Shown in pieces: positions 1 to 9,984 of a stretch of 64,000 bases of DNA. The number at the start of each line of letters is the position of its first letter. The stretch's first letter is position 1. Origin of the DNA: Candidatus Bathyarchaeota archaeon (GTDB lineage: Archaea > Thermoproteota > Bathyarchaeia > 40CM-2-53-6 > RBG-13-38-9); contig JAOZGX010000103.1 in assembly GCA_026015185.1 (NCBI GenBank), forward strand, positions 2,127-66,126, read 5' to 3'. The notes under the pieces were generated by a model. It searched no databases and was not told where the DNA came from. It saw only the letters and a program-made list of their open reading frames with translations. A program made the position numbers and the translations under genes.

Positions 1-896
1 AGTATACACCCTTTCGTTTTTTGGCAATATTCGGCGGAGAACCTATAGGAAGACAGATTAGGGAGATTCCAAAAGCTGATGTGGTAATGGGGACGCCTGG
101 GAGGCTTATTGATCATCTCAAACGAGGTACTTTACACCTTAATAAAACTGAAATTCTGGTGATAGATGAAGCTGATAGAATGCTAGACATGGGTTTCATC
201 GATGATGTACGATTCATCATCAATCATCTACCAAAAAATAGACAGACTTGTATGTTTTCGGCCACCATGCCAGAAGAGGTGACTCGGCTCGCTAAAGCAT
301 CTATGAACAATCCAGTAAGGATCTTTGTTGATGAAGATGAGATCTCAGTTGAAAGTATAGAGCAGCTTTACTGTTTGGTAGAGCGTAGACGTAAGCTCCA
401 AACATTAAACGAGTTAATCCATCAGTTTAGATGGAAAAAAATTCTTATATTTGTTGCGACTCGCAGACAAGCTGACTGGCTAGCAGAAAGACTCAACAGA
501 GTGAGCGCTGCTCAGAAACTTCATGGGGGATTAACTCAGTCTCGAAGAAACTTTGTGATGCGACGGTTTAGAAATTCTGAGAGGAGTATTATAGTAGCTA
601 CGGATCTAGCTGCCAGAGGTATAGACATCACAGACATAGATTGTATCATAAACTATGATATGCCGAAGGAGCCTCTAACATACTTCCATCGAATAGGCAG
701 AACAGGGCGTGCTGGAGGACAAGGGACTTCTATGTCCATCGTATCATACCAGGATAGGTCCATGCTTGCGACTATAAAATCCTTTACAAACATTCAGCTA
801 AAGGAATTAATTAGGAAGCACAACAACAATCAAAGATTTGCTGCATGGATGGAAGGATCTCCAGAACCCGATCCATTTGTTGAAGAGATCTATTGA
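1..896 (+). CDS. DEAD-box ATP-dependent RNA helicase, 3' portion (5' end lies upstream of the window)
   Basis: The frame is open from position 3 with no start in the window. Motifs seen: GTPGRLIDHL (Ib), VIDEADRMLDMGF (II, DEAD), FSATMP (III), helicase-C RGIDI and HRIGRTGRAG (VI). TGA stop at 894-896. Confidence 0.9.
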   Translation, partial: YTPFRFLAIFGGEPIGRQIREIPKADVVMGTPGRLIDHLKRGTLHLNKTEILVIDEADRMLDMGFIDDVRFIINHLPKNRQTCMFSATMPEEVTRLAKASMNNPVRIFVDEDEISVESIEQLYCLVERRRKLQTLNELIHQFRWKKILIFVATRRQADWLAERLNRVSAAQKLHGGLTQSRRNFVMRRFRNSERSIIVATDLAARGIDITDIDCIINYDMPKEPLTYFHRIGRTGRAGGQGTSMSIVSYQDRSMLATIKSFTNIQLKELIRKHNNNQRFAAWMEGSPEPDPFVEEIY

Positions 897-933
897 AGTT
901 TCAAGTTCATTAGAGCGTGCACACATCATAGTC

Positions 934-949
934 GGGTACCTTGGTACCC
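934..949. repeat. Inverted repeat GGGTACC-TT-GGTACCC flanked by CACACA tracts, just 3' of the helicase gene
   Basis: Perfect 7-bp arms read directly. The core GGGTACCTTGG recurs at 16977-16994 and 22320-22333. Confidence 0.5.
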
Positions 950-1006
950 GCACACACTTAATTATAAAAGCGTAACATATTTTTGATGTAAATCAAATTT
1001 TGAAGC

Positions 1007-1414
1007 GTGTATCATATGAAAAACGCCATTCTAGCGGGTGCGATTGCTGGATTCATCGGTGGCATATTAGCCGGTGTAATAACATATGTGGGTCTTTCAA
1101 TGGGAATGGGGGGAATCAAAGTACCATTATTTAACGCTTTTATTGCTACACTCTTGCTTACTCTCATTTTTGGGACTATTTTCGGATTACTATATAAAGA
1201 ACTTTATCGGTCTATTCCAGGAAAAGGAGTTAAGAAAGGATTTCTCTTCGGCCTGATCATTTGGCTAATCAAAGACATTACAGCAGGGGCATTTCTGGTG
1301 TTTGTATCAAGTATGAATATCTACTATCTTGCTGCTGCAACTAATCTAATCGTTGTTGGAAGTTACCAATGGATGCTCTATGGTCTTACACTTGGATACC
1401 TCTACAAGAAATAA
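1007..1414 (+). CDS. Small 4-TM membrane protein, member 1 of a 4-copy paralog family (AGAIAG ... PGKGxxKG ... GxLYKK)
   Basis: Hydrophobic ORF sharing conserved motifs with 29064..29453(-), 57267..57644(+) and 57924..58331(+). TAA stop. Confidence 0.6.
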   Translation: MYHMKNAILAGAIAGFIGGILAGVITYVGLSMGMGGIKVPLFNAFIATLLLTLIFGTIFGLLYKELYRSIPGKGVKKGFLFGLIIWLIKDITAGAFLVFVSSMNIYYLAAATNLIVVGSYQWMLYGLTLGYLYKK

Positions 1415-1441
1415 CTCTCATTAGCGTGCGCTTGGTGAAAG

Positions 1442-1678
1442 GTGATAAATATGGGATTGAAAGAAAAGTTTCAAAGAAAGATAACGATGAAGGTGTACGA
1501 ACGACAATGTATGGTGATAATCACAGTCTTGGCTACACTGCTCTTTATAAATATTTGGCCAAGGTTCAGGAGCGATGTGATGAGTGTCGATTGGTATTGG
1601 TATGTCATATTGATAGTTATATTCTTGATATTAGCGCGCGGTAAAATCTTGGGATCCGAACATGAAAGCGCTCTCTAA
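1442..1678 (+). CDS. Hypothetical small 2-TM membrane protein
   Basis: 78-aa ORF with two hydrophobic segments in an otherwise empty gap. No homology recognised. Competes with the overlapping ORF 1369..1644. Confidence 0.25.
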   Translation: MINMGLKEKFQRKITMKVYERQCMVIITVLATLLFINIWPRFRSDVMSVDWYWYVILIVIFLILARGKILGSEHESAL

Positions 1679-1731
1679 TTGAAGATTCTTCTTGATATAT
1701 AGATTTCCTTGAATGAGCCATAAATATAACT

Positions 1732-2088
1732 TTGAGTCAATATTATGATATGAAAAGCAAAGAGGTCGATACATACATCAATAAGTTTGATGTAGAGAAG
1801 AAAAAAATTCTCAAGAAATTAAGAGCAATCATTCTGAAAACAAGGCCAGACCTGAAAGAAGAGTTTAAAATGGGAGTTCCTTGGTATGGCGGTCTGTTTT
1901 ATCTTGTTGGTCTTAAAGACCATGTTAACATGGGATTTGCATTTGGCGGTTTAGAAAAACATAAAAAAGAGTTAGAAGGAAAGGGCAAATATATGAGACA
2001 TATTAAATTTTTCTCATCTAAAGATATTGATGAGAATAAATTAATCAGAATGATAAAATTAACAAAAAAGTCATATGGTAAATGTTAA
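1732..2088 (+). CDS. DUF1801 (YdhG-like) domain protein
   Basis: About 118 aa with a pattern typical of the family: KLRAIIL...P.L.E..KMGVPWYG....V.L....VN.GF..G. Confidence 0.55.
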   Translation: MSQYYDMKSKEVDTYINKFDVEKKKILKKLRAIILKTRPDLKEEFKMGVPWYGGLFYLVGLKDHVNMGFAFGGLEKHKKELEGKGKYMRHIKFFSSKDIDENKLIRMIKLTKKSYGKC

Positions 2089-2174
2089 AAAAAGGAAGAA
2101 TCAGGGGAATAGAACTTTTTAAACACACACGCCTTACATAGCGTAAAAAGAAAACGCGCGCACTATACTGCCAA

Positions 2175-2624
2175 TTATTGCATCTCATGCCTTGCAGATT
2201 TAATTATAGAATAAAAGTTAAGCACTTGTATAAATACCAAAAAACCAAGCGAACCAATTATAGCTACTGTTGTCATTGGGTCCATCCGCATTCTGAAGAC
2301 GATAAATGACAATGATAAGTACAATAACAGGATAGCAAGCAAATAAAGAAAATCTGCAAGAATGAACTCATAGTAATGTTTTATTCTTCTACAAATCTGA
2401 GAGCAGGTAACGAATAGAACTATACATAAGAATAGCCATGGATGTATTCGCAAGCCTATGGCCGGATCAAGAAAGATCTTAATCTGTACTGGATCAAAAT
2501 TTAGAAGAATACCAAAACAAACTAACGAAAAACCGGCGAGGAACAAGGAATCTCTTCTAAGGTCTTTTGCATCTTCTCTCTCTTCAGGATTAATTTCCAG
2601 TTTCCAGAATTGTTTCGTCGTCAA
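2175..2624 (-). CDS. Hypothetical integral membrane protein
   Basis: 149-aa ORF with 4 predicted TM helices. TAA stop. Confidence 0.45.
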   Translation of the reverse strand: MTTKQFWKLEINPEEREDAKDLRRDSLFLAGFSLVCFGILLNFDPVQIKIFLDPAIGLRIHPWLFLCIVLFVTCSQICRRIKHYYEFILADFLYLLAILLLYLSLSFIVFRMRMDPMTTVAIIGSLGFLVFIQVLNFYSIIKSARHEMQ

Positions 2625-2793
2625 CTCTAGGCACCATATATATGATGGTGGAGTTCATTTTAGTTAAAAGCATTTCCACAACTTGTGCGCTTGAATTCTA
2701 TCCAGAAAAAGTTATTCTGATAGATTATTAATAAATAGTTCTTGGAATTATAAGAAATACCAAATTGTTACACTCTTTTTTGGGCGTGTCCTA

Positions 2794-3825
2794 ATGTCAA
2801 CAGATCCTATGAAGATACTTATTGAGAAAGGGCAGATAGTTAAAGAACCTATGATACGATTTCTTAAAATTGGTACTAGTCCCGAATTCGAGGAAATAAT
2901 GCGTTGGCAGGTGGAATCTGGAGGAAAGCGAATCAGGCCTGCATTAGCTCTATCATTCGCAAAAGCCATCGGAAAACGGGACCCACAGGATCCAACGATT
3001 ATTGTTGCTGCTGCCGGTATTGAATTGATCCATAACATGTCTCTTATTTATGATGATATAATTGATCAAGCCACAACTCGGAGAGGAAAACCGACTACGC
3101 GAGCTGAATTTGGAGATGAAATGGCAATTTTAGCAGGAATTCAGCATCGGGAATGTATCTACCAAGCTGCAAGAGAAACAGGATCGGATTACTTCCCCGA
3201 AGTTTCTAGATTATTTTCTGAAGCAATTTCTGAGGTGGTTGAGGGAGAGCGCTTAGATGTTCTTTTCGAGCAAAAAGATCGTCCTTTCCCATATTTTACA
3301 AAGCACAAATACGATCTAGTGGTCGAAGAAGATTATTTGCAGATGATAAATGCAAAAACAGCTAGCTTAATTAGAGCTGCTTGTGCTGTTGGAGCTCTAG
3401 TCGGAGGAGGAACAGAGAAACAGATTGAGGCCGCTGGAGAGTTTGGTACTGCCATTGGTCATGCTTTTCAAATCATGGATGATTACCTTGATTTATTTGG
3501 TGATAAGAAACTTGGCAAAGAAATCGGTAAAGACATTATTGAACAAAAACTTGGCAATATTGTTATAATCAAAGCACTTCAGAACCTTTCGCATGAGAAG
3601 CAGGAGGTACTCCTTGAGACCATGAGAAGCGACCTTCGTGAGGAAGAACGAGTATCTAAAGTTATGGATTTAATAAATCAAGGGAATGGTAGGTCTCTTA
3701 CAAGAAAAAGTGCACAGGAGTTTATTGACAAAGCTAAAAAAGCTCTCGAAGAGAACTTTCCAGACTCTGATGAGAGGAGAGTACTCGCTAAAATAGCTGA
3801 CTATGTTGTTTCCAGATTGTATTAA
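2794..3825 (+). CDS. Polyprenyl diphosphate synthase (geranylgeranyl diphosphate synthase-like) with a C-terminal extension
   Basis: First aspartate-rich motif LIYDDIIDQATTRRGKPT and second motif FQIMDDYLDLFGD, matching the trans-isoprenyl diphosphate synthase family. Confidence 0.85.
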   Translation: MSTDPMKILIEKGQIVKEPMIRFLKIGTSPEFEEIMRWQVESGGKRIRPALALSFAKAIGKRDPQDPTIIVAAAGIELIHNMSLIYDDIIDQATTRRGKPTTRAEFGDEMAILAGIQHRECIYQAARETGSDYFPEVSRLFSEAISEVVEGERLDVLFEQKDRPFPYFTKHKYDLVVEEDYLQMINAKTASLIRAACAVGALVGGGTEKQIEAAGEFGTAIGHAFQIMDDYLDLFGDKKLGKEIGKDIIEQKLGNIVIIKALQNLSHEKQEVLLETMRSDLREEERVSKVMDLINQGNGRSLTRKSAQEFIDKAKKALEENFPDSDERRVLAKIADYVVSRLY

Positions 3826-3860
3826 TGGCCAGCAGTGTGACATTACCTGTCAACTAAACT

Positions 3861-3872
3861 AACGCGCGCTAT
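3861..3872. repeat. GC-rich palindrome variant AACGCGCGCTAT, 117-128 nt upstream of the 3989 start
   Basis: Member of the recurrent GCGCGC-core motif family. A second GC block (GCGCGAGCACTAGTGCCC) lies at 3921-3945. Confidence 0.4.
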
Positions 3873-3988
3873 AATCACCTAAAAATCATAATATAGCTAG
3901 TTCGATATTATTTATTATAATGCGCGAGCACTAGTGCCCACTTAAAATATATTTCTCGTATGTATGGAATAGAGAGGGGGTATAATAT

Positions 3989-4789
3989 TTGGATAATTTC
4001 TTCATATGTGAGTTGACAACAGAGGAGGTAAAAAAAGCCTTAGAAAAAACAGATGTGGTAATATTACCTTTTGGCTCAACTGAACAACATTCAAGACACC
4101 TTCCTCTGGGAACTGACAGCATCATAACTTATGAGATTACAAAAAGAGTTGCAGAAAAAATAAATAAAGAATTTCCAGTTTTAGTAGCACCACTAGTCTC
4201 AATAGGTAAATCTATAGAACATATGTCTTTTAGTGGTACAATTACCTTTCAGAGAGAAACCCTTGCTAATATCGTTTTGGATATTTCCAGAAGCTTGATT
4301 AAGCATGGCTTTAAAAAAATTGTCTTGATAAATGGCCATGGCGGTAACACACGACTTCTTGGTGATTTACTAAAGGACATTAGATATGAAACTGGTGCCT
4401 TTGTTTCTCTAATAGACTTATGGTCACCTGCTTTATTACACGACGTTCTTAAGAAAATAACTGATATCAAAAAATGCGAAGTTTTCCATGCCGGTTTGTT
4501 GGAGACTTCTTTTATGATGCTATTGCGACCTGATTTGGTGCATGAAGATAAAATCCAGAAGGGGCCTCCTAATAGATTCACTGAAGAAACTGGTTTCAAG
4601 TATCATAAGTTGATCGGAGGTAAATTGGGTGGATTCTCTTGGTTGACAAAGGATGTAACAAAGTCCGGAATTATAGGTGATCCAACAAAAGCAACTAAAG
4701 AAATTGGAGAGACTGTCTTGAATTATGTAGTGGATGAGATGTGTAATATTCTGCGAGAAGTAAAGTCTTTGAAGATTGATTATAAATAA
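3989..4789 (+). CDS. Creatininase-family amidohydrolase (ArfB/creatinine amidohydrolase family)
   Basis: VVILPFGSTEQHSRHLPLGTD is the creatininase-family signature. TTG start inferred. Confidence 0.75.
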   Translation: MDNFFICELTTEEVKKALEKTDVVILPFGSTEQHSRHLPLGTDSIITYEITKRVAEKINKEFPVLVAPLVSIGKSIEHMSFSGTITFQRETLANIVLDISRSLIKHGFKKIVLINGHGGNTRLLGDLLKDIRYETGAFVSLIDLWSPALLHDVLKKITDIKKCEVFHAGLLETSFMMLLRPDLVHEDKIQKGPPNRFTEETGFKYHKLIGGKLGGFSWLTKDVTKSGIIGDPTKATKEIGETVLNYVVDEMCNILREVKSLKIDYK

Positions 4790-4868
4790 CGTACACGCTA
4801 TCTTGAGTGCAGGTGCTTAATGTTATTATACAGAATACCCATTATGAGATAAAATGGAGGTGAATTTC

Positions 4869-5090
4869 ATGCCTTATGTTGAAATATCTATGGGAACAGA
4901 GTCTTTAACCCCTGAGCAAAAAATAAAATTGAACAAAGCTATGAGTGATAGTCTATTGAGAGTCTTTCAGGAGGAAAAAGGAATCAAACCGCCAGTAATT
5001 GTTGTAATACGGGAACACCCGCCTGATAATTGGTTAATTAATGGCGAAACATTAACTGAAGTTAGGAAGAAACGACAAGCTCAGAAATAA
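4869..5090 (+). CDS. 4-oxalocrotonate tautomerase family protein
   Basis: The true start is probably the ATG giving MPYVEI (catalytic Pro1 after Met removal). About 73 aa, the typical 4-OT size. The tracked ORF starts 5 codons earlier. Confidence 0.55.
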   Translation: MPYVEISMGTESLTPEQKIKLNKAMSDSLLRVFQEEKGIKPPVIVVIREHPPDNWLINGETLTEVRKKRQAQK

Positions 5091-5163
5091 TACCTTTCAA
5101 TTAATCTTTTTTTATTATTTTTGATTCTTTCAATGCACTAAGAAATATTAATTAAAGCATTTA

Positions 5164-5775
5164 TTGGTCGATTCTATGCATTCAAAACTTCACAGAAGGG
5201 CTCTTTGGCTTTCATATTTCACATTAGGATACAATATCGTAGAAGGAATCATTTCAATTTTTGCCGGCGCATTAGCGGGAAGTATCGCTTTAGTTGGATT
5301 TGGTCTTGATAGTTTTGTTGAGTCTATTTCAGGTGGAGTCATGATTTGGAGGTTTCATAAACCTGAGAATTTATCAGAAGATGAATTAGAAAGAATTGAG
5401 AAGAAAGCAGCGAAATTTGTGGCCTATTCATTCTTTATTTTAGGGATTTATGTGCTATATGAATCGATTAAAAAACTATATTTTAAAGAAATCCCGAATC
5501 CTAGCCTAATCGGAATAGTAATTGCCATCATCTCAATAATAGCGATGCCTATTCTTTACTATATGAAATATAGAACTGGAAAATCACTGAATAGCAAAAG
5601 TCTGATTGCAGATTCCAAAGAAACTCTTGCATGCGCGTTTCTTTCTGTGGCTTTATTGATTGGTCTAGGACTGAATTATCTATACGGATTCTGGCAGGCA
5701 GATCCTATTGTAGGATTAGTAATTGTTTTATTTCTAATAATTGAGGGGTATGAAACCCTGAAGGAAACAGAATAA
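5164..5775 (+). CDS. Cation-efflux (CDF)-like six-TM membrane protein lacking the cytoplasmic C-domain
   Basis: RRALWLSYFTLGYNIVEGI ... LVGFGLDSFVES (TM2 acidic site) ... IADSKETLACAF (TM5 acidic site) resemble CDF TM motifs. Weak call. Confidence 0.4.
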   Translation: MVDSMHSKLHRRALWLSYFTLGYNIVEGIISIFAGALAGSIALVGFGLDSFVESISGGVMIWRFHKPENLSEDELERIEKKAAKFVAYSFFILGIYVLYESIKKLYFKEIPNPSLIGIVIAIISIIAMPILYYMKYRTGKSLNSKSLIADSKETLACAFLSVALLIGLGLNYLYGFWQADPIVGLVIVLFLIIEGYETLKETE

Positions 5776-5807
5776 AGCGCATACCAAAAATAGGGAATAG
5801 AATGCGT

Positions 5808-5819
5808 TAGCGCGCGCTA
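5808..5819. repeat. Perfect palindrome TAGCGCGCGCTA followed by TTTAAAT
   Basis: Read directly. Identical 12-mer at 34054-34065 and 43065-43076; near-identical at 12977, 14450 and 24475. Confidence 0.6.
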
Positions 5820-5957
5820 TTTAAATTTGGACTCGAATTAGGAACCTAATTTTCGATGTCATCATTTAGCACTTTTAATGTTAGCGTATTAAATTGAAGT
5901 TACTTCGCGATCTATTGTAAATAGATTTTAAAATCAGAAAGAAGAGTAAGATAGTTT

Positions 5958-6989
5958 ATGCTGGAAGATGAATTAAAATCCCTTACAATAAAAGAAGGCG
6001 CTATCCGAGCTGGAATCGCACGCAGGGAAGCTTTTTCCAATTCACCACAATCTGCGGACATGCGGTATGTAGAGCCATGGGCCAATGCTGTAGTTTCATT
6101 TGCCCTGACCCCGGGTACTTGGTGGATCGAGGATTATCTAGGTAAAGTCACCCGAATGGTGCAGAAAGCCAATGTATTCACATACTATCGCAAGACATAT
6201 TTCATCGGGGAAATCATCAAGAAACGGATAGAGGCTGCTGGATACAAGGCTCATAATATTATTCCAAATGCAATATACCGTCCCGATCATACGTTTCATA
6301 AAGAAAATCCAGATCTTGATATAAAACCACCTTTATCTTTGCGGTACATGGCTGTTGGAGCTGGTGTTGGGGCATTTGGTTGGAGCGGAAATGTCTTGGT
6401 ACCAGGAGCTTGGTCTAATATTTATTTAGGGGGAGTGATAACAGATGCTTTGCTTCAACCTGATGATCTTTTAGAAGATAACCTTTGTGATAATTGTCGC
6501 ATTTGCGCCCGCGTTTGCCCAACAGGTTTTATCCACCAAAATGAAGAAACCAGCATGGTTATTGGCGGACGTAAACACATCCATAACAAAAAACTTAGCG
6601 ATTTCCGTTGTCTCATTGGTTGTGGAGGGTATACAGGGATTTCTAAGGACGGTAAGTGGAGTACTTGGTCAACAGGCCGGACTATTCTGCCAGAAGACGA
6701 CTTGCTGCTTCCCGATATCTTTGTAAAATTACGTAAAGACCCGACCAATGTCGATGCCAATCGCAATTTAGCCTTAGAGTCTCGCGGAGTTCTGTCCCGC
6801 TCTTTGGAAGCTATGAAACCGACTTGCGCCACATGTTCCGTTGTGTGCAGCGGACCTTTGAAGTATCGTGAAAGGTTGATGAATCTATTATTCAGCTCTG
6901 GAGTTGTTGAAAAGGATGAACAGGGGAATGAAATTGTGATTAAGCGGGATGAAAAAGGAAGGAAAGTCGTAATTAGACCTGAGGGATAA
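5958..6989 (+). CDS. Fe-S cluster protein with a ferredoxin-type CxxCxxCxxxCP motif (QueG/reductive-dehalogenase-like ferredoxin domain)
   Basis: CDNCRICARVCP, plus a second Cys cluster CATCSVVCSGP and CLIGCGGY. No confident family assignment. Confidence 0.4.
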   Translation: MLEDELKSLTIKEGAIRAGIARREAFSNSPQSADMRYVEPWANAVVSFALTPGTWWIEDYLGKVTRMVQKANVFTYYRKTYFIGEIIKKRIEAAGYKAHNIIPNAIYRPDHTFHKENPDLDIKPPLSLRYMAVGAGVGAFGWSGNVLVPGAWSNIYLGGVITDALLQPDDLLEDNLCDNCRICARVCPTGFIHQNEETSMVIGGRKHIHNKKLSDFRCLIGCGGYTGISKDGKWSTWSTGRTILPEDDLLLPDIFVKLRKDPTNVDANRNLALESRGVLSRSLEAMKPTCATCSVVCSGPLKYRERLMNLLFSSGVVEKDEQGNEIVIKRDEKGRKVVIRPEG

Positions 6990-7014
6990 TCGCGTGCGGT
7001 AGCGTGCATGCTAC

Positions 7015-8958
7015 TTAGTGAGATTCAATATTCTGCAGTTTAGGCAAAGTAAAGGTGAATGTAGCCCCTTTTCCTTTACCTGATGACTCAGCCCATATTT
7101 TGCCACCATGGCCATTTATTAATCCTTTTGTGACACTTAGACCTAGACCTGTACCCTTTATATAACCAGATTTTTTGATGATATCCACAAAAGGCTCGAA
7201 AATTCTATCTATATCTTCATTTTTTATACCAATTCCTGTATCTTTTATCTGAACTTGAATACTTTTCTTCATCTTTTCAACGCTTAATTCTATTTTTCCT
7301 TTTTCGGGAGTGAATTTAGAGGCATTGTTTAGTAGGTTCATTAGAGCTTGGCTTAATCTGATGATATCCCCTTTGACAACTAAATTACCCCTTGGAACCT
7401 TAAAGTTGAATCTTTGTTTTTTTCCCTCAATTAATGGTTTAATTTCATTTACGCAATGCTGAATAACTTCTTGGAAGTCTATTGGTTTAAGGTTTAGTCT
7501 CAGCTTTCCAGATTCAATGCGTCGGATATCTAGCAGTTCGTCGACTAGATTTAAAAGGCGTTCAGTATTTCGCTTTACTATTTCTAATTCTAATACTGCT
7601 TGTTTGGGTAATTTACCTGATTTTCCTTCAATAACTCGGTCTACGAAACCTTTAATGGAAACAAGCGGTGTTCTAAGTTCGTGTGTTGCGTCTGAGATAA
7701 ATTTCTCCATCATTTCCGCACGGTCACGCTTTTCTTTTATCTTTCTAAGCTCATTTTCAGTTTGCTTTTTTTTGGTGATGTCACGAAAAATAGTATGGAC
7801 AGACTGCTCATTTTGGTAACTAATTGGAATTGCTATTATTTCGACATCAATCTCTTTGCCATATACGCTGATAAATCTAATTTCTGAGAGCGGTAAATGA
7901 TCTCCACTTTCCACAAGCATCATCTTTTCTTTTATCATATTTTGATATTCGGGATGAATCATACTTGTTATTGATTTTCCTATGAGTTCTTCAGGATTTA
8001 AATAACCAAGAATTTTTGCTGTAGCAGGATTAGCAAATATTATTCTTCCTTTTCTTAGTACAAAGATCGCATCTGGTGAATATTCAACAAGTCGACGATA
8101 ACGTTCTTCACTTTCCAATAATTCCTTAGAATGCTCGTCAATTAATTGTTCTAAAATTTCTGAATAGCTTTTAAATTCTTTCTCTAAAAGTTCGCGTTCA
8201 GTAATATCCTGTCCTATACTATATAGGAAAGTCTTATTTGATATAATTAAGGGCACAATATTAATCAAAAGCCTTTTAGATCTTCCTTGAATAATATAAT
8301 CCACCTTAATTGTTCGGCGACTAATGAAAGGCAATTGTTTTGATGCCTGAATTTTCATAATATCAGGAGGTAAATCAGCGATTTCACCAATCAAATCTTT
8401 TTTATCGCACTCGAAAAAATCAAGGGCTGCTTTATTGGCATCTATGTAACGTCCGTCTTCATTTATAATCATGATTGGGTTTAGAGCACCCTCGAATAAT
8501 ATTTTTTGTTTATAATCAATTTCAAATAATTCTTCTTCTAATTTCCTGAAATCGCTGATATCTTTTAATTCTATTAAAGCTGCCGACTTACCATTGTACT
8601 CAATTTTCTTCAAATCAATATTTACTATTTTTTCTTTATTATCATCGGAATATATTTTGGCTTCATAAGGTACAACAGGAATTCCAGATATGAGTTTAGA
8701 AAAATTTTCAGTGATAGCTGTCATGCCTTCTTTAGAGAAAAATCCTAATTCAAGAAGATTCAGCCCGATTAACTCTTTAATTTTTAAATTAATTAACTCC
8801 TCAACTTTTTGATTGACTGCTAATATTTTTCCTTCCATGGCTGTAATAAAAGCAGCATCGGTTAATTGGTCAAGAGGGATTTTGAATAGAGGAGTGTCTG
8901 GCACTCTTTTATTCTCTTTTAAGTTAATATCTATGATTTTCTCAATTTTATTACTCAA
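7015..8958 (-). CDS. PAS-domain sensor histidine kinase
   Basis: H-box ATHELRTPLVSIKGF; HATPase N-box LMNLLNNASKF; G-boxes DTGIGI and GTGLGLSVTKGLINGHGGKIW. Multiple PAS-like segments. The C-terminal ~250 aa is about 70% identical to 10951..12720. Confidence 0.85.
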   Translation of the reverse strand: MSNKIEKIIDINLKENKRVPDTPLFKIPLDQLTDAAFITAMEGKILAVNQKVEELINLKIKELIGLNLLELGFFSKEGMTAITENFSKLISGIPVVPYEAKIYSDDNKEKIVNIDLKKIEYNGKSAALIELKDISDFRKLEEELFEIDYKQKILFEGALNPIMIINEDGRYIDANKAALDFFECDKKDLIGEIADLPPDIMKIQASKQLPFISRRTIKVDYIIQGRSKRLLINIVPLIISNKTFLYSIGQDITERELLEKEFKSYSEILEQLIDEHSKELLESEERYRRLVEYSPDAIFVLRKGRIIFANPATAKILGYLNPEELIGKSITSMIHPEYQNMIKEKMMLVESGDHLPLSEIRFISVYGKEIDVEIIAIPISYQNEQSVHTIFRDITKKKQTENELRKIKEKRDRAEMMEKFISDATHELRTPLVSIKGFVDRVIEGKSGKLPKQAVLELEIVKRNTERLLNLVDELLDIRRIESGKLRLNLKPIDFQEVIQHCVNEIKPLIEGKKQRFNFKVPRGNLVVKGDIIRLSQALMNLLNNASKFTPEKGKIELSVEKMKKSIQVQIKDTGIGIKNEDIDRIFEPFVDIIKKSGYIKGTGLGLSVTKGLINGHGGKIWAESSGKGKGATFTFTLPKLQNIESH

Positions 8959-9173
8959 AAATAAATGCTCCAGAAAAAGGCAATAAACTATATAATAATA
9001 TCTAATTTTAGGCTTAAAAAAAATTTCTGGAGAGCGTACTGATTGATTATGCTCTTAAAGAAAATGTTAAGAACCAATTATCAATTATTATATACATAAA
9101 GAAATTTCAATTCATATAATATTCTATTGTGATAATTTTCAAACAAAATATCTTTTGAAATGGCGGAAATATT

Positions 9174-9905
9174 TTGAAAAAATATTCTTCTATGATTTCT
9201 GGCTTAGACGACATTCTCGATGGGGGCTTTCCTAGACCCTCATCAATAGGGATTATTGGAGAGGTTGGATCAGGAAAATCTCTTCTATGTTGGAATCTAA
9301 TGATAAATGCATTAAAACAGGAATACAATGTCTTGTATTATCTGACAGAAGAATCAAAGGAAGAAATGAAAGAAAATATATTACAATACGGATGGGATAT
9401 TGATGATTATGAGAATAAGGGAAATCTAAAAGTAGTTGATATTTTTTCAAAAGGTGTTGACTTAGCCAGAGAATCCCTTATGGAACCTGAGGCGTTAATG
9501 AAGGAATCATTTAATTTCTTCGAAATACTCAAGGAAGGAAGGAATTATTATTTTGGCGCTATTCGAGGAAAGGACCTTGTAGTTTTTTTTGACTCATTAT
9601 CAACAATTTTTTTAGCTATGGAAACGAAGAAAGCATTAGCCTTTCTTCAAAATTTAAAAATGGCAACAAGAGTAGCTCGGTGTGTAGGAATAGCCACCCT
9701 TCATACAAAAGTCCATGATGAGATAATTGAAAATATATGCAAAACTAATGCTGATGGAATAATTCAATTAAGTTCTATAGAAAAAGAAAAAGAACTGGAA
9801 TATTATTTGCGAATATTAAAAATGTCAAGATCTAATTTCTATCAGGGAATAGTTAACTATCGTACTTCAGATAAAGGAGTTGCATTTACGAAAGTTAAGA
9901 TATGA
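9174..9905 (+). CDS. KaiC-like / RecA-superfamily single-domain ATPase
   Basis: SGLDDILDGGFPRPSSIGIIGEVGSGKS (Walker A) in the KaiC/RadA-paralog arrangement. Confidence 0.7.
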   Translation: MKKYSSMISGLDDILDGGFPRPSSIGIIGEVGSGKSLLCWNLMINALKQEYNVLYYLTEESKEEMKENILQYGWDIDDYENKGNLKVVDIFSKGVDLARESLMEPEALMKESFNFFEILKEGRNYYFGAIRGKDLVVFFDSLSTIFLAMETKKALAFLQNLKMATRVARCVGIATLHTKVHDEIIENICKTNADGIIQLSSIEKEKELEYYLRILKMSRSNFYQGIVNYRTSDKGVAFTKVKI

Positions 9906-9984
9906 CCTTAGTGAATCATATATGAATTTTAATAACAATAAATGCTCCTAACGAAATTTGAAAGTACGCACTGAAGGTTAAAAT

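Noticed and set aside
1369-1644. 91-aa ORF overlapping the 3' end of the first small-membrane-protein gene
   Set aside because: Overlaps a better-supported CDS and competes with the 1442..1678 ORF. No features.
2458-3038. ORFs 2458..2667(+) and 2748..3038(-)
   Set aside because: Antisense to, or overlapping, the membrane-protein and polyprenyl-synthase genes.
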